Assembly (NCBI GenBank): GCA_040005235.1
Contig: JBDTZG010000017.1
Coordinates: 33,624-97,623 of the forward strand
Source of the DNA: Acidobacteriota bacterium
GTDB taxonomy: Bacteria > Acidobacteriota > Thermoanaerobaculia > Multivoradales > UBA5704
DNA length: 64,000 bases
Direction of reading: 5' to 3'
In this document: piece after piece, positions 55,879 to 64,000 of the stretch
How the letters are laid out: every line of letters begins with the position of its first letter
How positions within the stretch are numbered: position 1 is the first letter of the stretch
Position numbers and translations under genes: made by a program
Notes under the pieces: model-generated
What the model saw: only the letters and a program-made list of their open reading frames with translations
Databases searched by the model: none
Told to the model about the DNA's origin: nothing

Positions 55879-58143
55879 ATCCAAGGCTCGACCGCGGGGG
55901 GACAGATCTTCGCGGCGGGCGTCGTGAACATCCTTCCGCCGGCCGCGCCTCCGGGGGAGAAGCCACCGCGCCCGATCCTGGGCTTCCCCTATCCCTCTCT
56001 CGGCCCGGGGTTCTACGGGCGAGAGGAGGTTCTCCTTCATCTCCGCGAGCTGCTGGTTGCGGCGACCATGGGCCGCGCAACCGCCATTGCGGGAAAGGCG
56101 GTCCATGGGCTTGGGGGGGTAGGCAAGACCAGGCTCGCCGTCGAGTACGCCTCGCGTTTCGCGGCGGATTACTCGGTGCGCCTGTTTGTGGAAGCCGGTT
56201 CGGAGGCCGACCTGCGGCGGAACTTCGCCGGATTAGCTGAAGGGCTTGGGCTGCCGGAGAGTGCAGCCGCGGGAGAGGAGGTCCGCGCGGGAGCGGTCGC
56301 TCGCTGGCTGAGCCTGAACCCGGGCTGGCTCCTGGTGCTCGACAATGTGGACGACGACGCGGCGTTGAAATCCGTCCTCGCGCTATTGGCGAGCCTCCAG
56401 GGGGGACATGTGCTCCTGACCGGTCGCCTCGATCGCCTGGGTGCGGGAATCGAGCCGGTCGAACTTGATCTGTTAACCGAGGGGGCTGCGGTCGCGTTTC
56501 TCCTCGGTCGGACAGGAAGGAGGCGGCGCGCCACGGAGGCGGACCCAGGGGACGCCCAGGAAATCGCCCGCGAGCTGGGGTATCTGCCGCTCGCGCTCGA
56601 ACAGGCGGGCGCCTATGTGGCCGAGAACCGGTTGACGCTCGCGGCGTATAGGAAAAAGTGGGAGTCGCAGCGTGAGGCCGTGCTTTTCTGGTTTGATCCC
56701 GTGGCCAGCAACTACCCCGTGAGCGTCGCAGTCACCTGGCAAACCTCCGTCGATCGTCTTTCCTCCTCCGCACACCGTCTTCTCGATCTCCTAGCTTGGC
56801 TCGGACCAGAGCCGATTCCGGAGTCGTTGTTGGACGTGAAGGTGCCGGAAACAGAACTGCCGGAGGGCGATCAAGCGGCAAGGTCCGCACTCGCGGAGCT
56901 TGCACGGTATTCGCTCGTCACCCGCTTGGCAACTACTCCAATGTTTACCGTCCATCGGTTAATCCAGGACATGACTCGCCGCGGGCCGGAAAGGGAGGGG
57001 GTGTTGCGGAAGGCGCTAGGTTGGGTAGATGCAGCATTCGTGGGCGAAACGCAAGATGTACGTTCGTGGCCGGACCTCGAACCGCTCACTCCCCACGCTC
57101 GGGCCGTGGTGCGGTTCGCGGACGAGGCTCGGATCGCCGAGCCGACGGCGCGGCTGATGAGCCACCTTGGTAGCTTGCTGAGCGTGAAAGCTCTCCACAA
57201 GGACGCGGAATCGCTGATGCGCCGCGCTCTTGCCCTCGACGAGGCCCGCTTCGGGGCGGATCATTCCGATGTTGCGCGTGACCTCAACAACCTGGCCCAA
57301 CTGCTCCAGGACACAAACCGCATGGTGGAGGCGGAGCCGCTGATGCGTCGCGCCCTCGCCATCGACGAGGCCAGATTCGGAGCCGATCATCCACGGGTCG
57401 CAATCCACTTTAATAACCTGGCCCTTCTGCTCAAGGCCACGAACCGCGTGGCAGAGGCGGAGCCGCTGATGCGTCGCGCCCTCGCCCTCAACGAGGCCAG
57501 ATTCGGAGTCGATCATCCCAACGTCGCGACTGACCTCAGCAACCTGGCTCAACTGCTCGAGGCCACGAACCGCCTTGCAGAGGCGGAGCCGCTGATGCGC
57601 CGCGCCCTCGCGATCGACGAGGCGAGGTTCGAAGTTGATCATCCAAGGGTCGCGATCCGCCTCAATAACCTGGCCGGTCTGCTCCAGGCCACTGGCCGTC
57701 TGTGGGAAGCGGAGCCGCTAATGCGCCGCGCCCTGGCCATAGATGAGGCCAGATTCGAAGCCGATCATCCTAACGTCGCGATCCGCCTCAACAATCTAGG
57801 CCAGCTGCTCCAAGCCACGGACCGCTTGGCGGAAGCGGAGCCGCTGATGCGCCGCGCCCTCGCGATTGCTGAGGCGAGATTCGGAGGCGACCATCCTAAC
57901 GTCGCGATCCACCTCAACAACCTGGCCGGCCTGCTCCAGGTCGCGAACCGCCCGGCGGAGGCGGAGCCGCTGATGCGCCGTCACGTGGCGATATTTCTCA
58001 CTTTCGCCCGCACCACGGGTCACCAGCATCCATATTTTCCAGCGGCCTTGAGCAACTATGCTGCCCTTCTTACCGAAATGGGCCAATCCCCGAGCGAAAT
58101 CGAAACAAGGATCGCCACTGTTAGAGCGCAGGGCGCGTCTTGA
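55822..58143 (+). CDS. NB-ARC + TPR (NLR-like STAND) protein, copy 2; probably reached by -1 frameshift (first in-frame GTG at 55861)
   Basis: HGLGGVGKT, WLLVLDNVDD, GYLPLALEQAGAY and VHRLIQD motifs, followed by TPR repeats. Confidence 0.88.
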   Translation, partial: PKSWPPGVGSGAPVAISATIQGSTAGGQIFAAGVVNILPPAAPPGEKPPRPILGFPYPSLGPGFYGREEVLLHLRELLVAATMGRATAIAGKAVHGLGGVGKTRLAVEYASRFAADYSVRLFVEAGSEADLRRNFAGLAEGLGLPESAAAGEEVRAGAVARWLSLNPGWLLVLDNVDDDAALKSVLALLASLQGGHVLLTGRLDRLGAGIEPVELDLLTEGAAVAFLLGRTGRRRRATEADPGDAQEIARELGYLPLALEQAGAYVAENRLTLAAYRKKWESQREAVLFWFDPVASNYPVSVAVTWQTSVDRLSSSAHRLLDLLAWLGPEPIPESLLDVKVPETELPEGDQAARSALAELARYSLVTRLATTPMFTVHRLIQDMTRRGPEREGVLRKALGWVDAAFVGETQDVRSWPDLEPLTPHARAVVRFADEARIAEPTARLMSHLGSLLSVKALHKDAESLMRRALALDEARFGADHSDVARDLNNLAQLLQDTNRMVEAEPLMRRALAIDEARFGADHPRVAIHFNNLALLLKATNRVAEAEPLMRRALALNEARFGVDHPNVATDLSNLAQLLEATNRLAEAEPLMRRALAIDEARFEVDHPRVAIRLNNLAGLLQATGRLWEAEPLMRRALAIDEARFEADHPNVAIRLNNLGQLLQATDRLAEAEPLMRRALAIAEARFGGDHPNVAIHLNNLAGLLQVANRPAEAEPLMRRHVAIFLTFARTTGHQHPYFPAALSNYAALLTEMGQSPSEIETRIATVRAQGAS
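57200..57985 (+). repeat. 126-bp tandem repeats encoding 42-aa TPRs (7 AEPL-type helices)
   Basis: Same repeat unit as 54289-55330, with fewer copies. Confidence 0.9.
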
Positions 58144-58313
58144 GAAATTAGCGACCCCGGGTTTCTTGCCGTAGCCGATCGAGCGATTTGCATCCGAATG
58201 AATTCAGCTGCGTTCGCGCTCCTCCCTAGAGTACTTCTACCTCGTCCGACGCCTGAGGCTCGCTTAGGTGACCGCCATCGGCTCGACGGAGATATCCGTT
58301 CGAATGCGCAACC

Positions 58314-58359
58314 ACGCCGGCGAGACGCCGGCGGTCCCAGGACGAGCACACCCAAGGGG
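58314..58359 (-). repeat. REP-like element, right copy of the inverted pair
   Basis: Reverse complement matches 52308-52354, with compensatory changes in the internal hairpin. Confidence 0.8.
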
Positions 58360-58386
58360 CATCCGCCAGAGAGATCCGCACGCCCC

Positions 58387-59337
58387 CTACCCCACCAGCC
58401 ACCCCAACACCTGATCCTCCAACCGCGCCTCCCGATCCGCCCGGAGCACCAGCTCGAACGGCTCGGGAAACCCGCAGTGGCCGGCCCTACGCAACCAGCG
58501 GACATCCAAGTTGGGATAGGTACGGGACAGCGCGGGGCGTACCGTGTCGGCCGGGACCATCGGATCGCCTTCCGCTTGAAGCAGCAGCGCCGGCACGCGC
58601 AGCTTGTCGAGATGCGGCGCGACGCTTGCCCGGGCGTAGTAGTCGGCGCCACTCGCGAAGCCGTGTCGGGGAGCGACCACCGCTTCGTCCCAGGCGCGCA
58701 GGGAGCTGATGCCGCGCACCTGCTCGAACGGGGTCAGGTCCGGGTGGCGGGATGCCACCGGCTGGTAGATCTCTTTGAGGTGGCGCACCAGGTAGGTCTT
58801 GTAGAGCGCGAGCGATGGCCGGTCGATCGCGGCGGCGGAGAGCGCGAGATCGAGCGGCGCGCAGACGGCGACCACGCCGGAGAGGCGCGGCTCGTGTTCG
58901 AACGCGGCGAAGCGGAGGGCGACGTGGCCTCCGAGCGAGTAGGCGAGCAGGTGGATGCGGGCAAAGCCGGCGATTTCGGGGCTCGCGAGCGCGGAGGCGA
59001 GGTCGGCGGTCAGGCCGCCGTGGTAGAAGTCGGTGCCGCTTCGATCCGAGCCGCGCAGGTTCAGGCGCAAGGAGGATAGCCCCGCGCGCTCCGCTGCGGC
59101 GGCGGCTCGGTGGGTGTACTGGCTGTCGCAACTGCCGCCGAGACCGTGGAGGAGGACCACCAACTCCCCTCCCGGACGCCCTTCCCTCAGGTCGCGCAGC
59201 CGTCCGGTCAACGTCACCGGCCCCATTTTCGGGTCGTCGATCGTCCGCGACCAGGCGACGCTTGCCGGGCATGCCACCGGGCGGACGGATTGCCTCACCT
59301 TGGAGGCGATCGTCCAATAATGATGGCGTAGTCCCAC
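58387..59337 (-). CDS. YheT-family alpha/beta hydrolase
   Basis: LLHGLGG, RLNLRG, YSLGG, GDPMVP and GHCGF motifs. Confidence 0.87.
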   Translation of the reverse strand: MGLRHHYWTIASKVRQSVRPVACPASVAWSRTIDDPKMGPVTLTGRLRDLREGRPGGELVVLLHGLGGSCDSQYTHRAAAAAERAGLSSLRLNLRGSDRSGTDFYHGGLTADLASALASPEIAGFARIHLLAYSLGGHVALRFAAFEHEPRLSGVVAVCAPLDLALSAAAIDRPSLALYKTYLVRHLKEIYQPVASRHPDLTPFEQVRGISSLRAWDEAVVAPRHGFASGADYYARASVAPHLDKLRVPALLLQAEGDPMVPADTVRPALSRTYPNLDVRWLRRAGHCGFPEPFELVLRADREARLEDQVLGWLVG

Positions 59338-62241
<2,904 letters not shown>

Positions 62242-62495
62242 GGCGGGCGGACTTCTCCAGAGATTTAAAATCGAATCGAAGGGGTTCGTCTCGCGAATCT
62301 TAACGCTCGCGGCAAGATTCGCATCCGCTTGCCCCACATTTCGCCCTTCGCAGCACTCTTCCCTTCTGGAAGGGCATGGCGACGCTCCAATCGGGAGGCG
62401 TTCGCCGTGATACTTTGACCCGCCTGTCGCACCGGGAAGAAGATTCCAGGCGAGCTGGAACGAGCCCCCCGGGCGGAAAAACGAGGATTCCCCCC

Positions 62496-64000
62496 ATGGA
62501 CGACCAGACCCCCGCAGAGCCGCAGGAAACCGAACGGACCGAGGCCCCCCCCGAACCCCAAGAATCCAGCGAGATTCTCCCTTCGGCCGAGCCCCAGGAG
62601 CCCGTAGCGGACCCGGCTCCCGAGCCGACGGAGAACGCCGCCGAGACGCTCGACGTAGAGAGCGCGAAAGAGACTGAGGCAGCGCCGGCGGCGGAAGAGC
62701 CCGCGGCAGCACCTGCGGCGGAAGAGCCCGCGGCAGCGCCGACGGCGGAAGAGCCCGCGGCAGCACCTACGGCGGAAGCGCCAGCGGCGGAAGAGCCCGC
62801 GGAAGCGCCGCAGGAATTCGGCGCCATCCTGGCCCAGTTCGAGCAGGCGACCGCGACCGAAAAGAAGAACGACCCGCAAGTCGGCGGCAAGGTCAGCGGA
62901 ACCGTGATCTCGATCGGCGAAGACACCACCCTGGTCGACATCGGCACCAAATCCGAAGCGGTCATCCCTACCGCCGACCTACGCGACAAGGAAGGCAACG
63001 TCACCGTCGAGGTCGGCGCGAAGCTCGAAGCGACGGTCGCAGGCCGCGATCCGGAGACCAACGCACTGCTGCTCAAGCGCAAGATCTCGAAGAACGCGGC
63101 CCAGGCCGAAGCTGCCGGAGAGATCCGGCGCGCCTTCGAGACCCAGATGACGCTCGACGGGCGGATCACCGGCTTGAACAAGGGCGGTCTCGAAGTCGAC
63201 GTCGCGGGCGTGCGCTGCTTCTGCCCGATCTCGCAGATCGAGAACCGCTTCGTCGAGGACGCGAGCGGCTACGTCGGTCAGACCCTGACCTTCCGGGTGC
63301 TCCGCTTCGAGGAGCCGACCGGCAGCAACCGCCGGCCGAACATTGTGCTGTCGCGCCGCTCGTTGCTCCAGGAAGAAGCCGACGTGCGCGCCGCCGAAGT
63401 GCGGGCCACCCTGTCGATCGGCACCGTGATCACCGGCCACGTCACTTCGCTCACGACCTACGGCGCGTTCGTCGACCTCGGCGGCGTCGAAGGGCTGCTC
63501 CACGTCTCGGAGATCGGCCATTCGCGGCTCGCACGCCCCGAAGACGCGCTCGCGGTCGGCCAAGAGGTGGAGGTGCAAATCATCCGCATCGAGCGCGCCG
63601 CGGACGACAAGCGCGGCGAACGGATCTCGCTGTCGAGGAAAGCGCTGGAGCGCGATCCCTGGCGCGACGCCCTGGGCCGTTTCCCCGAGCGTTCGATCGT
63701 CCATGGCAAGGTCGTCCGGCTGGAGACCTTTGGCGCGTTCGTCGAGTTGGAGCCGGGGCTCGACGGCCTGCTCCACATCAGCGAGATCGGCAACAGCTCG
63801 GGCCGCCGTCTGCAGCACGCACGCGAGGCGCTGTCGGTCGGCCAGGAGCTGTCGGTGCGCGTGCTCGGCGTCGACACCGCCCGCCACCGCATCTCGTTGG
63901 GATTGGGCGACGGCAGCGAAGATCACCACGACGACGATCTGCCGGAACCGCCGCGCGCGGCACCCGCCGGCACGTTCGGCAGCCTGGGCGACTTCTTTAA
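62496..64000 (+). CDS. Ribosomal protein S1-like protein (4 S1 domains), running off the window end; absent from the ORF track
   Basis: Manual translation from ATG 62496 gives VDIGTKSEAVI, NKGGLEVDVAGVRCFCPISQI, YGAFVDLGGVEGLLHVSEI and FGAFVELEPGLDGLLHISEI, ending FGSLGDFF. Confidence 0.88.
   Translation, partial: MDDQTPAEPQETERTEAPPEPQESSEILPSAEPQEPVADPAPEPTENAAETLDVESAKETEAAPAAEEPAAAPAAEEPAAAPTAEEPAAAPTAEAPAAEEPAEAPQEFGAILAQFEQATATEKKNDPQVGGKVSGTVISIGEDTTLVDIGTKSEAVIPTADLRDKEGNVTVEVGAKLEATVAGRDPETNALLLKRKISKNAAQAEAAGEIRRAFETQMTLDGRITGLNKGGLEVDVAGVRCFCPISQIENRFVEDASGYVGQTLTFRVLRFEEPTGSNRRPNIVLSRRSLLQEEADVRAAEVRATLSIGTVITGHVTSLTTYGAFVDLGGVEGLLHVSEIGHSRLARPEDALAVGQEVEVQIIRIERAADDKRGERISLSRKALERDPWRDALGRFPERSIVHGKVVRLETFGAFVELEPGLDGLLHISEIGNSSGRRLQHAREALSVGQELSVRVLGVDTARHRISLGLGDGSEDHHDDDLPEPPRAAPAGTFGSLGDFF
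62678..62810 (+). repeat. 27-bp coding tandem repeat (AAP(A/T)AEEPA)
   Basis: Units start at about 62678, 62705, 62732 and 62759, plus a partial unit. Confidence 0.88.

Noticed and set aside
54289-57985. Regularly spaced repeats as a possible CRISPR array
   Set aside because: The 126-bp units are in-frame TPR coding repeats with no unique spacers, and no cas genes are present.

Overview
High-GC bacterial chromosomal window. Its gene repertoire resembles Acidobacteria (Thermoanaerobaculia-like) or myxobacteria; the taxonomy is inference only. Ordinary genes include xerD, a LeuA/LeuB-like pair, a sulfate ABC operon with a porin, a D-Ala-D-Ala dipeptidase, a GT-C/TMTC-type glycosyltransferase cluster, peptidases, a desaturase and an S1-like protein running off the end. 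Two candidate systems stand out. (1) At 52.6-58.1 kb there is a tandem-duplicated module: a 103-aa transmembrane protein with beta-solenoid-like pseudo-repeats, followed by an NB-ARC/TPR (NLR-like) gene with no conserved start codon. Both copies carry an in-frame C_CCA_AAA slippery heptamer, a hairpin 6 nt downstream and an open -1 frame into the NLR, which predicts a programmed -1 ribosomal frameshift. (2) At 8.1-14.5 kb there is an ECF sigma / membrane anti-sigma / lipoprotein TPR-CHAT protease / divergent subtilase locus. Its putative promoter GTCAGAA(A/C)CG-N12-CGAA occurs three times with identical spacing, including upstream of a second subtilase paralog at 25.8 kb. All calls come from reading motifs; no searches were run.
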